This document shows positions 41,396 to 51,191 of a stretch of 64,000 nucleotides of DNA, one piece after another. The notes beneath the pieces are model-generated. The model was not told where the DNA came from. It saw nothing but the letters and a program-made list of their open reading frames with translations, and searched no databases. The stretch lies in assembly GCA_022865345.1 (NCBI GenBank), contig JALHSU010000134.1:33050-97049 (forward strand), read 5' to 3'. Both the position numbers and the translations under genes were made by a program. Origin of the DNA: Candidatus Zixiibacteriota bacterium (GTDB lineage: Bacteria > Zixibacteria > MSB-5A5 > RBG-16-43-9). Positions within the stretch are counted from its first letter, which is position 1, and every line of letters starts with the position of its first letter.

Positions 41396-43918
41396 TTATT
41401 TTTGCCATTCCTCTATTTTCTGTACATATTCCTTAAATAGCTTTTCAGCAACGCTTTTATCCATAGCCTCCACGTAAATATGTAGATTCGCCTTTCTATT
41501 ATCCGGAACCACCAGAATCCAGGAATCGTCATACAAAACCCGTACCCCATCGATGAGTTCTCTTTTAAATTTTTCAGTATACTGGATAAGCTCCCTCATC
41601 ACCTGACCCTTTTTACTCCAGTCACAAGGAATCTCCTCTGTAATCCTGTAGAACCGATCCAACTCCTCTCTGAGGTTGCCAAATTTCCGGTTGGCCCTAG
41701 CCATAAGCTCTAAAAGCTTGACCACATCATACATTGCATCTGCCCCCAGCTGGAATCCGGGAAAGATGAACCCGCCTTTTGTCCCACCAACAAAATCAAC
41801 TTTTAACGAGCTCAAGGCATCCATCATGGCTAAATGGTCATTCCTTACTCTGATTACTTTGACTCCATATTCTGAGGCAATCTTTTCCACTCCCATTGAA
41901 GCCACTACCGGCACTGCGATCTTCTGGGCTTTATTAGAGCTTAAGAATAAAGATGTGACTATTAAAAGCAGAAGATCAGCCGGGATAAATTCGCCTTTCT
42001 CGTCCACAGCTGATATTTTTTCCGCTCCCGGGTCAAGCAGGAACCCAACATCTGCTTTCAGAGATTTGACGATAGAAGAGAGCCGGTGTAGAGCCTGGAT
42101 CTCTTCCTCCTCCTTCCGGACTAACCTCTTGGGGTCTAAATAAGCGTTTAAAGAAATAATATCGCATTCTAAAGCCCCTAATATCGAAGGGAATATTTCT
42201 GAGGCTCCTCCATATGAATAGTCTATAACCACCTTAAACTCCGACTTTTTTATGGCTTCAGTATCTGTACCCTTCAGGAAGTCATTTCTATAATATTCGA
42301 TAACCCTCTGCGGGAAATCGAGTTGTCCTACATCCTCCATCGAGGCTCTCCTAAAATCCTCCCTGAAGAAAAATCTTTCCACGGCTTTAGCTTTAGAGGT
42401 CGGAAGGTCCTGTCCGTTTCCATCAAAGAAGATGATGTCTATGATTTTGTCATCCAAAGGTGAAGACCTGACGTGAATGCCACCCTGTTCTCTTCCAGAT
42501 TTCAACTCGTATCTGACCACCGGTATAGGCAGGGTTCTGAGGTCCTGAACGTTCACGCCAGAGGACAAAAGCCCGCAGATGACTGCCCGGTTGGTCATCC
42601 TGGAGGTTTTGCCGGTATCCCTGCTGGTGACCACAGTCGCACCTCTACCTAAAATAGCTCCGAAAGCCGCGCCCAATTTCACTGCAAACTCAGGGGTTAA
42701 TTCCAAGTTCCCCAGGCCGCTGACCTTGGCATCAGTAAACAGTTCCCGGTTCCACTTCTCACCCCAGACCAGGCTGGTGGAAAGTATCGCCCCGGATTCG
42801 ACCTCTTTCCCAGGCCAGATCTTCACGTTGGCACTGATCTTGGCTCTTGAACCTATGATGCAATTATCGCTCACGATCGAGTTCTCTAAAAGGGTCGCCC
42901 CCTCGCCCACGATGGTCTTCGAGCTTACCACTGTCTCCATCAAGGTTGCGCCATTTCCGATGAAACTGTCCTTCCAGACGACCGCGCGGTTTATGTTTAC
43001 CCCTTCTCCGCAATGAACCCCTTCTCCGATCACCGAATTTGAGATTTTCGATCTTGAACCGATATCAGAATTACTCCCCAAGATTGCCACGCCTTCGAAT
43101 TCGACCTCCTGGCCCACCTGCACGTTCTTGCCTACCCAGATCATAGCTTCTTTTCTTTTCAGGAGATTCCCTTCTATTTCTATCTTGACTTTACCTTCTA
43201 AGATATCCTGATGAGCTTTGGAATATTCATCCAGATTCCCCACGTCTCTCCAGTAGTCAGGAGAAATGAATCCGTAGAGTTTTTCATTTTCTTTAAGCAT
43301 CAGGGGGAATAAATCCTTGCTGAAATCGAATTCCTTTTTAAAAGGTATTTTCTCCAGAACCTCTGGCTCGAGGATATAAATTCCGGTATTGACCGTATCG
43401 CTGAATACCTCCCCCCAGGTGGGCTTTTCAAGAAAACGGGAGATTCTGCCATCCTCCCGGGTGATGACCACTCCATAAGATAGAGGGTTTTCCAGCCGGG
43501 ATAAGACTAAGGTAGCTGAAGCTTTATTTTGAATGTGAAAATCTATGGCTTTAGATAAATCGATATCGGTAAGCACGTCTCCGGAGATGACTAAGACTTT
43601 TTCCTTTTCGCCTGAAACGGATCCGTTGTACAATTGCCCCTCAGCATTCTTCACACTACCGGCCGTGCCGTAATCTTCAGTCGAGGTTACGTATTCAATC
43701 TTCACTCCGAATTTTGAACCATCTCCGAAATAATTTTTTATCTCCTCACCCTGGAAAAAAAGCAGAGCTACGATATCTTTGAGATTATGTTTTTTAAGAA
43801 GGTTTATGATATGCTCCATCATCGGCTTGTTGGCAATGGATACCATGGGCTTAGGCAAATTGCAGGTCAGAGGCCTGAGCCTGGTCCCAAAACCGCCTGC
43901 CATTATAACTGTCTTCAT
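41396..43918 (-). CDS. bifunctional NDP-sugar pyrophosphorylase (mannose-1-P guanylyltransferase-like) / phosphomannomutase-phosphoglucomutase
   Basis: N-terminal MAGGFGTRLRPLT nucleotidyltransferase motif plus LbH repeats; C-terminal alpha-D-phosphohexomutase domains; a comparable fusion is known in some archaea and thermophiles. Confidence 0.75.
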   Translation of the reverse strand: MKTVIMAGGFGTRLRPLTCNLPKPMVSIANKPMMEHIINLLKKHNLKDIVALLFFQGEEIKNYFGDGSKFGVKIEYVTSTEDYGTAGSVKNAEGQLYNGSVSGEKEKVLVISGDVLTDIDLSKAIDFHIQNKASATLVLSRLENPLSYGVVITREDGRISRFLEKPTWGEVFSDTVNTGIYILEPEVLEKIPFKKEFDFSKDLFPLMLKENEKLYGFISPDYWRDVGNLDEYSKAHQDILEGKVKIEIEGNLLKRKEAMIWVGKNVQVGQEVEFEGVAILGSNSDIGSRSKISNSVIGEGVHCGEGVNINRAVVWKDSFIGNGATLMETVVSSKTIVGEGATLLENSIVSDNCIIGSRAKISANVKIWPGKEVESGAILSTSLVWGEKWNRELFTDAKVSGLGNLELTPEFAVKLGAAFGAILGRGATVVTSRDTGKTSRMTNRAVICGLLSSGVNVQDLRTLPIPVVRYELKSGREQGGIHVRSSPLDDKIIDIIFFDGNGQDLPTSKAKAVERFFFREDFRRASMEDVGQLDFPQRVIEYYRNDFLKGTDTEAIKKSEFKVVIDYSYGGASEIFPSILGALECDIISLNAYLDPKRLVRKEEEEIQALHRLSSIVKSLKADVGFLLDPGAEKISAVDEKGEFIPADLLLLIVTSLFLSSNKAQKIAVPVVASMGVEKIASEYGVKVIRVRNDHLAMMDALSSLKVDFVGGTKGGFIFPGFQLGADAMYDVVKLLELMARANRKFGNLREELDRFYRITEEIPCDWSKKGQVMRELIQYTEKFKRELIDGVRVLYDDSWILVVPDNRKANLHIYVEAMDKSVAEKLFKEYVQKIEEWQK

Positions 43919-44076
43919 CTTTGATCCTTATCTTCTGTTTATCATTGAAGACAATAAAACGATTTTAAATATAAAATCAACAGTTTTTAAATCCTACAGA
44001 TGAAGAATCAATTCTTTTGATAAATTAAAGTCCTACAAATATTGAATGTAGTGGTTCGATTTATCGAACCTGTTTT

Positions 44077-44143
44077 GTAGGGGCGTATTGCAGTTCGACA
44101 AACTCACTGCTCTGAGCCAAGCCGAAGAGCAATACGCCCCTAC
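44077..44143. repeat. second copy (inverted orientation) of the 67-bp REP/MITE-like element
   Basis: gtaggggcgtattgcagttcgacaaactcactgctctgagccaagccgaagagcaatacgcccctac; an adjacent gtagtggttcgatttatcgaacc hairpin precedes it. Confidence 0.8.
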
Positions 44144-44349
44144 CCTGCTAAAAAACTTCTGCTCTCCTGACAAGAACAAAAAAAACTCCATCCTCAATCC
44201 AGATACATTTTTTGTTTTTCTGGAGACAAACGGAGTTTTCCATACCTTTTTAATCCTAATTTGCTGGAAAATTTGAGCTTACATTTAGGTTTATCGGCTG
44301 AAATTCGGTTTTTTTAGGAAAAAAATTGCAATTTTCCCTTAATGGGAAC

Positions 44350-46059
44350 CTATGATGGAATCAAAAACTTACTGTATTCATCTTTATTCTTCAAAATCTC
44401 AACCGCCCTTTTTATCTGCTCCTGGTATTTTGACCAGAGTTTATATCTTGCCTTAGGTCCGAACTTAGTGGTCAGGATAGCCTCCTCGATCTGCCATTTC
44501 AAAAGGCTCTTGTCCTTCTCGAACTCAACTTTCTTCTCCTGTTCTAAAATCGACTCTAATCTGTCCAGAGCTTCTTTCAACCTGCTTCCTGATTCGCTCT
44601 TTGAGGAAAGGTATTGCTCCTGGGAAATAGTTTTCCTCAGTTTTTCTAGTTCAGACTCGGAAGCAGTCGTGTATTCTAAATCTTTGGATTTGAGAAATTC
44701 CCTGAAATCGCTCAGCACTTTTTCATCTGCCTGAAAATTCTCTGAGATGTCGGGACGTACGACAGTATAATGAACCGCGAAATAGAAAAAGTATCCCTCC
44801 TGAAAAATTTTCTGGATCAAAGGAGGGTAAACCGGATCCGGGATGATTATGTCCGGGACAATCCCTCCACCCCCATAGACTTTTCTGCCTTTACTGGTAA
44901 GGTAAATTTTCTTCTCTGTCTGTTGTTGCAGGGGTATACCACCCTGACGGGGTTGCTCTTCTGCCGAGGTGATAGTATCGGAGACTTCTTTTATTCCTCT
45001 CTCCTTTTGAATCAGCCTGCCACTTGGGAGATAATATTTAGCAGTGGTCAGTTTCAAGCCTTTATCCCCTCTCAGCTCAAACAGGGTCTGTACTGCTCCT
45101 TTGCCATAAGTGGTGTCACCTAAAATCAAACCCCGGTCCTGGTCCTGAATGACACCTGCCAAGATCTCAGAGGCCGAGGCAGAGCCGTAATCAACCAGGA
45201 CGATCATCGGGAGGTTCTCAAAAACAGGCCTGGCAGAGGTATAGAATTTCCTGGTATCCGGATCTCTTCTTCCCCTTATTTCAACTACTAACTCCCCTTT
45301 TTTTAAAAAAAGCTCTGCTACCCCAACCGCTTCCTGCAAAAGCCCGCCAGGATTTCCTCTTAAATCTAAGATCAACCCGCTTATATTCTTCTCTTTCAAT
45401 TCTTTTAAAGCTTCTCTTAACTCAGTGGGCGCATTTTCCGAAAATCTGGTCAACCTGACATACCCAATCCTGTCCTCGATCACCCCTGCAAAGGTTACGC
45501 TTCTTATTTCTATCACGTCCCTTTTCAGATTGAACTCCAGAGTATCATTGATTCCCTCTCTAACAACCGCGAGCTTAACCCTGCTACCTTTTGGACCTCT
45601 TAGTCTTTGCTGGGCCTGGTCAGCGGACATATCTTTAGCCGATTGATCTCCTATTTTGACGATCTTATCCCCGGTTTTTATTCCTGCTCTATAGGCTGGG
45701 CCGTCTTCTATCGGCGAGATAACTGTCGGATACCCTTCTTTGACAGCAATCTCCATTCCCAAGCCCTGAAATTCACCTTTGCTCTCCTCCAAAAGCCCGG
45801 CCAGCTCTTTTTTATCCAGATAATCTGAATAAGGGTCCAGATCTGATGTCATCCCTTTGATCCCATCCCGGATTAAATTTTCTTTCTCTATCTTGTCTAC
45901 ATAATTGGAACTTATCAGAGAAGCCGCCTCGTCCAGCTCATCATATTTCTGAAAAGACAGAAATCTAAACGCACTGTTAAGAACCAAAACCAGAACAGTG
46001 ATAACTATAACCAAAAGAATCAGACTTGAGCTTTTCAATTTTATCTCAGGCATATTCAC
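44350..46059 (-). CDS. carboxyl-terminal processing protease (S41) with PDZ domain
   Basis: N-terminal TM; PDZ region; S41 catalytic region GSASASE...K. Confidence 0.8.
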   Translation of the reverse strand: MNMPEIKLKSSSLILLVIVITVLVLVLNSAFRFLSFQKYDELDEAASLISSNYVDKIEKENLIRDGIKGMTSDLDPYSDYLDKKELAGLLEESKGEFQGLGMEIAVKEGYPTVISPIEDGPAYRAGIKTGDKIVKIGDQSAKDMSADQAQQRLRGPKGSRVKLAVVREGINDTLEFNLKRDVIEIRSVTFAGVIEDRIGYVRLTRFSENAPTELREALKELKEKNISGLILDLRGNPGGLLQEAVGVAELFLKKGELVVEIRGRRDPDTRKFYTSARPVFENLPMIVLVDYGSASASEILAGVIQDQDRGLILGDTTYGKGAVQTLFELRGDKGLKLTTAKYYLPSGRLIQKERGIKEVSDTITSAEEQPRQGGIPLQQQTEKKIYLTSKGRKVYGGGGIVPDIIIPDPVYPPLIQKIFQEGYFFYFAVHYTVVRPDISENFQADEKVLSDFREFLKSKDLEYTTASESELEKLRKTISQEQYLSSKSESGSRLKEALDRLESILEQEKKVEFEKDKSLLKWQIEEAILTTKFGPKARYKLWSKYQEQIKRAVEILKNKDEYSKFLIPS

Positions 46060-46082
46060 TCCGGAAAAATCTGTTTAATGAA

Positions 46083-48566
46083 TTAAATATCTTCATCAAA
46101 CAATTTTATTTGGCCCGTTTCGTCTTGTGCAACTTTATTGGAGACAATCGCTTTGAAAGAATTTAAGTGAAGCTCTTTTTTCCTCTTTGTCCAAGAGTAA
46201 AATTCTTCTAATTTTGTATAGTAGATGAACTTCCAATTATCATCGATTATCCTATCTTCCAGAATTGGCTCCTTAATTTTTCTCATGAGAAGGTCTGCTC
46301 GCTCATCTGGTATGACTATATACCGATTAATCTCAAACGGTATATGAGAACCCCTGACTATGGCTTCTGTAATACTAGTCGTGTTTTCGATTTCAAATTC
46401 GCTTATTATGTTATTGTCTTTACACCACAACAAATCTATGTTCTCTATTCTCTCTAATTGTTCTTTAGTTAGATTTGTCAGGGCTTTTATTTTAACATTA
46501 CAAAGCTCTGTTAACTTCTTACCTTCAAAAACCTGACTCTGTTCTTTTGAGCCAATCCAGATTTTATAACCAAGTTTTTCCCCTATAATTGCCAGATAAT
46601 AAATCATTTTTGAGTGCTCCGATTCTCTCTGTTTAACTGAAGGCTTAAGCAACCATTTGCCATCCTTGGTTGGCTTGGCATATTCTTTAAGCAAAGTCTT
46701 GATATCATAAGGTTCAGGAGTCAAGGCATTGGGGAACTTAATGAAAATCTCCTGAAGCACGTCATCGAAACTGATTTTTACCTTTCTTCTCAGCACATCT
46801 ACAATAGCTGTTTCAACTCTATCAGCTAAAGGTACCAGCTCCAAATATGGAATTGTCTTTGGGTCTAAAAACCACCATTTCTGCCCTATCGGTTTGCTTT
46901 TTTCATCAAAAACATTAATCAAGCAGAATTCTTTGTAGAGAAACTCTTTCATCACCTCATCTACATTAGTCGCTCCAGTTAAAAATACTCCTTCTTTTTT
47001 TAATTCAACATAGATGCCATTCAGGATATAGGTATAAGGAGTCGGCTCGCCCCTCTCCGCCAATATTTTCTTTGCAGATTCTAAAACAACCTTTTTATAT
47101 CTTTCTTCACTTACCTCTTCTTCTGTTTTGGGCTTAACGCTCTTTGGTTTTCTAAATCTTATGTAATAGTCTCCAACTGCGCTAGCATAAGGATGTAAAA
47201 GCCCTTTGGCGGAAGGACGTGCAGGCGGCTGATAAGTAATTTTCTCTAAATCAAATCCTCCATAAGTAACTGCATTTATAATAGATTTCCAGACTTTGAT
47301 ATCTGTATTATGAAAAGTTACCGTCAGATATTTACCTGATTTTAGAACTCTAAAAATTTCTCTAAATGCAACTTTAAGCATTTTATCGTACAATTCAAAA
47401 TCCTTATTTCTCGCCGGGCTATCGCTTATAATTATCTCGTCCTCAAAATTCACGGGAAACTTTAACCATGAGTTCCACATATAATCTAGTTCTAAATAAG
47501 GAACGCTATCACCGTAAGGAGGGTCCGTAAATATATAATCAACACTATCGGTCGGGATATTTGACAGATCCAGAGATGACTGAGTCAACAATAATATATT
47601 TGCATTATTATCAAGGTCTGAGAATTCACTTCCTTCTTTAAAATTTTTAATTAATTCATTGGATTCTTCTTTTCCTCTTACCACTTTTTTAAACCGCTCA
47701 TCAAAACAATTCCAGGCATTTATCTCAAAATATTCAGATGGAACCCAGTAACCTCTTGTCGCCCAGCTGCCCACCTCTTTTTTCCCCTCTACCGTTTTAC
47801 CAGTCTTTCTTCCTCTTTGTCTAATGACAAAAACCATCTTACTGGCTTGAGGTAGTGCAGATGAAAAGGTAAATCGCATTAATTCTTTTATTGTTTTATC
47901 CTTAATTGCCTCTATCTCGTTATAAATATTAGATAAAGCTAATAAATTTCTCCTCGTGAATAAATCAGATACTTTTGTTCCCTTATGAACATTGACCCTT
48001 GTATTCCATATAAGCTCATTCTGAGGATACCAGTAGGTAGCATCCATCTTTTCTATTTCCTTCAACAATTTAGAATCGTCTTTAGTAACGTCTTTCCATT
48101 GGGTTCCGTTTTCGCAATCACAAGTATATCTTATCTCTTTGGGCGTATTTTTACCCCAGATTATAGCCTCAGCAATTGTTTCTTTCTTGCATTTCGAGCA
48201 CTTAGTAAGATATAAGTGATAAATCTTCTCCTTCACTTTTTTCTCAATTCTCCTGAATACCCTGGAGAACTCTGTTAAATCCACTGGTAAGAGAGTGCAA
48301 TATGTGATAAAGTTTGCTAAATGGTCTAAATCTACCGCAATCGCTTTACGATTTAGCTTTAGCGACTCGATTGCGGTAACACCTGACCCCGAAAATGGAT
48401 CAAGAACAATCTCATTCGGTTTTGAATAGGTTTTGATGTATTCCGCAACCACATTGTGAGGCTTCCGCGCCCAGTACTTATGCATTAAATACATGGATGT
48501 ATGCGGCTTAGCAACTATGGGATAATTTATCTGCTTCAACTTTTCCACCGTTCTTTTTATCTCCAA
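46083..48566 (-). CDS. N4/N6 amino-DNA methyltransferase with unusual motif order and a ~450 aa uncharacterised C-terminal region
   Basis: H..ARKP...VLDPFSGSGVT (motif X/I) near residue 30-65, a C4-type zinc-ribbon-like segment, and FTDPPYG (motif IV) near residue 340; start overlaps tmk. Confidence 0.7.
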   Translation of the reverse strand: MEIKRTVEKLKQINYPIVAKPHTSMYLMHKYWARKPHNVVAEYIKTYSKPNEIVLDPFSGSGVTAIESLKLNRKAIAVDLDHLANFITYCTLLPVDLTEFSRVFRRIEKKVKEKIYHLYLTKCSKCKKETIAEAIIWGKNTPKEIRYTCDCENGTQWKDVTKDDSKLLKEIEKMDATYWYPQNELIWNTRVNVHKGTKVSDLFTRRNLLALSNIYNEIEAIKDKTIKELMRFTFSSALPQASKMVFVIRQRGRKTGKTVEGKKEVGSWATRGYWVPSEYFEINAWNCFDERFKKVVRGKEESNELIKNFKEGSEFSDLDNNANILLLTQSSLDLSNIPTDSVDYIFTDPPYGDSVPYLELDYMWNSWLKFPVNFEDEIIISDSPARNKDFELYDKMLKVAFREIFRVLKSGKYLTVTFHNTDIKVWKSIINAVTYGGFDLEKITYQPPARPSAKGLLHPYASAVGDYYIRFRKPKSVKPKTEEEVSEERYKKVVLESAKKILAERGEPTPYTYILNGIYVELKKEGVFLTGATNVDEVMKEFLYKEFCLINVFDEKSKPIGQKWWFLDPKTIPYLELVPLADRVETAIVDVLRRKVKISFDDVLQEIFIKFPNALTPEPYDIKTLLKEYAKPTKDGKWLLKPSVKQRESEHSKMIYYLAIIGEKLGYKIWIGSKEQSQVFEGKKLTELCNVKIKALTNLTKEQLERIENIDLLWCKDNNIISEFEIENTTSITEAIVRGSHIPFEINRYIVIPDERADLLMRKIKEPILEDRIIDDNWKFIYYTKLEEFYSWTKRKKELHLNSFKAIVSNKVAQDETGQIKLFDEDI

Positions 48567-49189
48567 TCTTCTAAGAAGATATCTGTGACTCCTTTAATCT
48601 CCTTCCAGACTTCTTCAATCTTTCCACCACCATCGATCACCTTGAACCTCTTCTTCTCTTTCCTGGCTATCTTCAGATATCCATCTCTGACCCTTTTGTA
48701 AAAATCTATCTTCTCCTTTTCAATCCTGTCTTTTTTCTTATTGTTTTGTCTCATCCGACTAGAAAAAACATCAATGGGAATATCGATCAAAATCGTCAAA
48801 TCTGGCTGAAATCCTGAAACGGAGATTTTATTAAGATATTCTATCATCTTTATATCCAGACCCCTGCCATATCCTTGATAAGCTAAGCTCGAATCATAAA
48901 ACCGGTCGCAGATTACAAGTTTACCCTGTCTTAAGGCAGGCAGGATTACCCTGGAGACAAGCTGAGCTCTGGCAGCCTCATAGAGCAGAAGCTCGGTCAA
49001 AGGATCCATTCCGGTATTTCCGGAGGATAAAAGTACCTGACGAATATTCTCGGAAACCTTTTCTCCACCCGGTTCCCTCAAGAGCATGGCCTTATGACCT
49101 TTTTTTTTCAGATAATTGAAAAGTTTTTTTGCCTGGGTGGTTTTTCCGGAATAATCGATCCCTTCAAATGTAATTAGAATGCCTTCCAT
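48557..49189 (-). CDS. tmk: thymidylate kinase
   Basis: P-loop FEGIDYSGKTTQ; DR(F/Y) motif; LID region. Confidence 0.85.
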   Translation of the reverse strand: MEGILITFEGIDYSGKTTQAKKLFNYLKKKGHKAMLLREPGGEKVSENIRQVLLSSGNTGMDPLTELLLYEAARAQLVSRVILPALRQGKLVICDRFYDSSLAYQGYGRGLDIKMIEYLNKISVSGFQPDLTILIDIPIDVFSSRMRQNNKKKDRIEKEKIDFYKRVRDGYLKIARKEKKRFKVIDGGGKIEEVWKEIKGVTDIFLEDWR

Positions 49190-49376
49190 ATCATTTTTTG
49201 CTTTTCCTATTTTAGTGGGTCAGGCATCCCTGCCTGACCATAGAGAACAGACAAGATGTCTGTTCCACAATTCAAGAACTTTGGGCGAACACGCAGGTTC
49301 GCCCCTACATTCAAAACAAAGAGGTGGTTTATCACCACCTCTTATGTTATAAAAGATCAAACATTCTCATCTCAGA

Positions 49377-50552
49377 TTATCTTTTCTTCCCTACGGGTCG
49401 TAAAGCTTTTATCGACTCGGCCGTCTTTCTCTTTTCAACCGTAGGCTTCGCCGCATATTTGTGGACATACTCTTCTGTCTGTTCCCTTGCCTCTTCGTCT
49501 GTGACCTGTTTGGGAGGAGACTTCATAAAGTAAGAGGAGGGTGCTTCCATCGCTCCTGAAAGACCGTTATCCAAAGCTAATTTGCAGCATCTGACCGCAT
49601 CGATAACCACGCCGGCTGAGTTGGGCGAGTCCCAGACCTCTAATTTCAGTTCCAGATTCAAAGGAACGTCCCCGAAGGTTTTCCCCTCTAATCTGATATA
49701 GGCAGTTTTGCGATCCAGCAGCCAGGCAACATAATCTGAAGGACCGATATGCACATTATCCCTGCCTAAATCATAATCTAACTGAGAAGTTACCGCATCC
49801 GTTTTGGAGATTTTCTTTGATTCCAGTCTTGACCTTTCCAGCATATTGAGGAAATCCGTGTTTCCTCCTACATTTAGCTGATAGGTCCTTTCCAACTTTA
49901 CTCCTCTTGTTCGAAAAAGCCTGGTAAGCACGCGGTGAACTATGGTTGCCCCTACCTGCGATTTAATGTCATCCCCTATCACTGGCAGATTCCGGTCAGC
50001 AAACCTTTTCTGCCAGTATTTCTCCCGGGCGATGAAAACCGGGATGCAGTTAACAAACCCGCATCCTGCCTCCAGCACCTGTTCCACATACCATTTGGTT
50101 GCCTCTTCGCTACCTACCGGGAGGTAATTGACCACCACGTCGGTCTTGGTCTCCTTGAGTATTTTCACGATATCCGCAGTCGGTCCCGGAGCTTTCTCGA
50201 TTATCTTGGAAAGATACTCGCCCAACCCATCATGAGTCATACCCCGGTGAACCGGTATTCCCTGATTGGGAACTTTACAGAATTTGTAGGTATTGTTTGG
50301 CCAGGTATAAATTGCCTCGCTCAAATCTTTGCCCACTTTGTTTTTGTCTATGTCAAAGCAGGCAGAAAACTCTATATCCCGGATATGATACCCACCTAAA
50401 TCAACGTGCATTATTCCCGGGATAAACTGGTTTTCTCTGGCATTCTTGTAATATTCAACTCCCTGAACAAAGGAGGAGGCACAATTCCCCACTCCGATAA
50501 TTGCCACCCTGACTTTGCCCATTCTTCTCTCCTTTCCTGAAGATTCCTTCAA
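49377..50552 (-). CDS. myo-inositol-1-phosphate (inositol-3-phosphate) synthase, short archaeal/bacterial type
   Basis: ~390 aa; N-terminal NAD Rossmann ([12 protein letters not shown]) and the MIPS-family core. Confidence 0.8.
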   Translation of the reverse strand: MKESSGKERRMGKVRVAIIGVGNCASSFVQGVEYYKNARENQFIPGIMHVDLGGYHIRDIEFSACFDIDKNKVGKDLSEAIYTWPNNTYKFCKVPNQGIPVHRGMTHDGLGEYLSKIIEKAPGPTADIVKILKETKTDVVVNYLPVGSEEATKWYVEQVLEAGCGFVNCIPVFIAREKYWQKRFADRNLPVIGDDIKSQVGATIVHRVLTRLFRTRGVKLERTYQLNVGGNTDFLNMLERSRLESKKISKTDAVTSQLDYDLGRDNVHIGPSDYVAWLLDRKTAYIRLEGKTFGDVPLNLELKLEVWDSPNSAGVVIDAVRCCKLALDNGLSGAMEAPSSYFMKSPPKQVTDEEAREQTEEYVHKYAAKPTVEKRKTAESIKALRPVGKKR

Positions 50553-51175
50553 GTTTCCTCCAGTTTTTTCTTAATGTAGATAATCCTCTGCACCACGGTA
50601 ATATTTGCGAAAACAGCTATTAACCATAAAGAAAGCACCAAAAAAAAACTTCTGGTTCCGGGGATCGAGCCTAAGATAGCCCCGGACGCCAGAAAAGTCA
50701 TTCTCTCCGGGCGCTGCATAAGTCCTATTTTGCACTCTATGCCCAGCCCCTCTGCCCTGGCCCGCGTATAGCTGACCATAAAGGAACCGGCAATGGCTAA
50801 GATTATCAACAGCACCAGATATGAGCCCTGGCGAAGAAAATAGGTAGCCAGCCCCAGGAAGATCAAAACCTCAGAATAGCGATCGATGGTGGAGTCGAAC
50901 AGAGCACCGAACTTGCTGATCTTATTGGTCTCCCGGGCAAGCCTTCCGTCCAGCACATCGCAGATTCCTGCCAGGATGATCATTATCCCGGCATAGAGAA
51001 ATGCCCCCTGGATGAAGTATAAAGCGGCCAGGAGGCTGAAGACCAGCCCGGCAAATGTCACTACATGCGGGTGAACATCCAGACTCACCAGGAGCCTGGC
51101 TAAAGGTTCGGTTACGGTCAGGAAACCGTTCACCAGATGTTTATTTAAAAGTTTTATCTCCGTCATCTTTATCAC
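50549..51175 (-). CDS. CDP-alcohol phosphatidyltransferase (likely phosphatidylinositol-phosphate synthase)
   Basis: D-G-x2-A-R...G-x3-D-x3-D motif ([30 protein letters not shown]); 4-bp overlap with the MIPS gene. Confidence 0.8.
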   Translation of the reverse strand: MIKMTEIKLLNKHLVNGFLTVTEPLARLLVSLDVHPHVVTFAGLVFSLLAALYFIQGAFLYAGIMIILAGICDVLDGRLARETNKISKFGALFDSTIDRYSEVLIFLGLATYFLRQGSYLVLLIILAIAGSFMVSYTRARAEGLGIECKIGLMQRPERMTFLASGAILGSIPGTRSFFLVLSLWLIAVFANITVVQRIIYIKKKLEET

Positions 51176-51191
51176 TAAAAAAATTATAATA

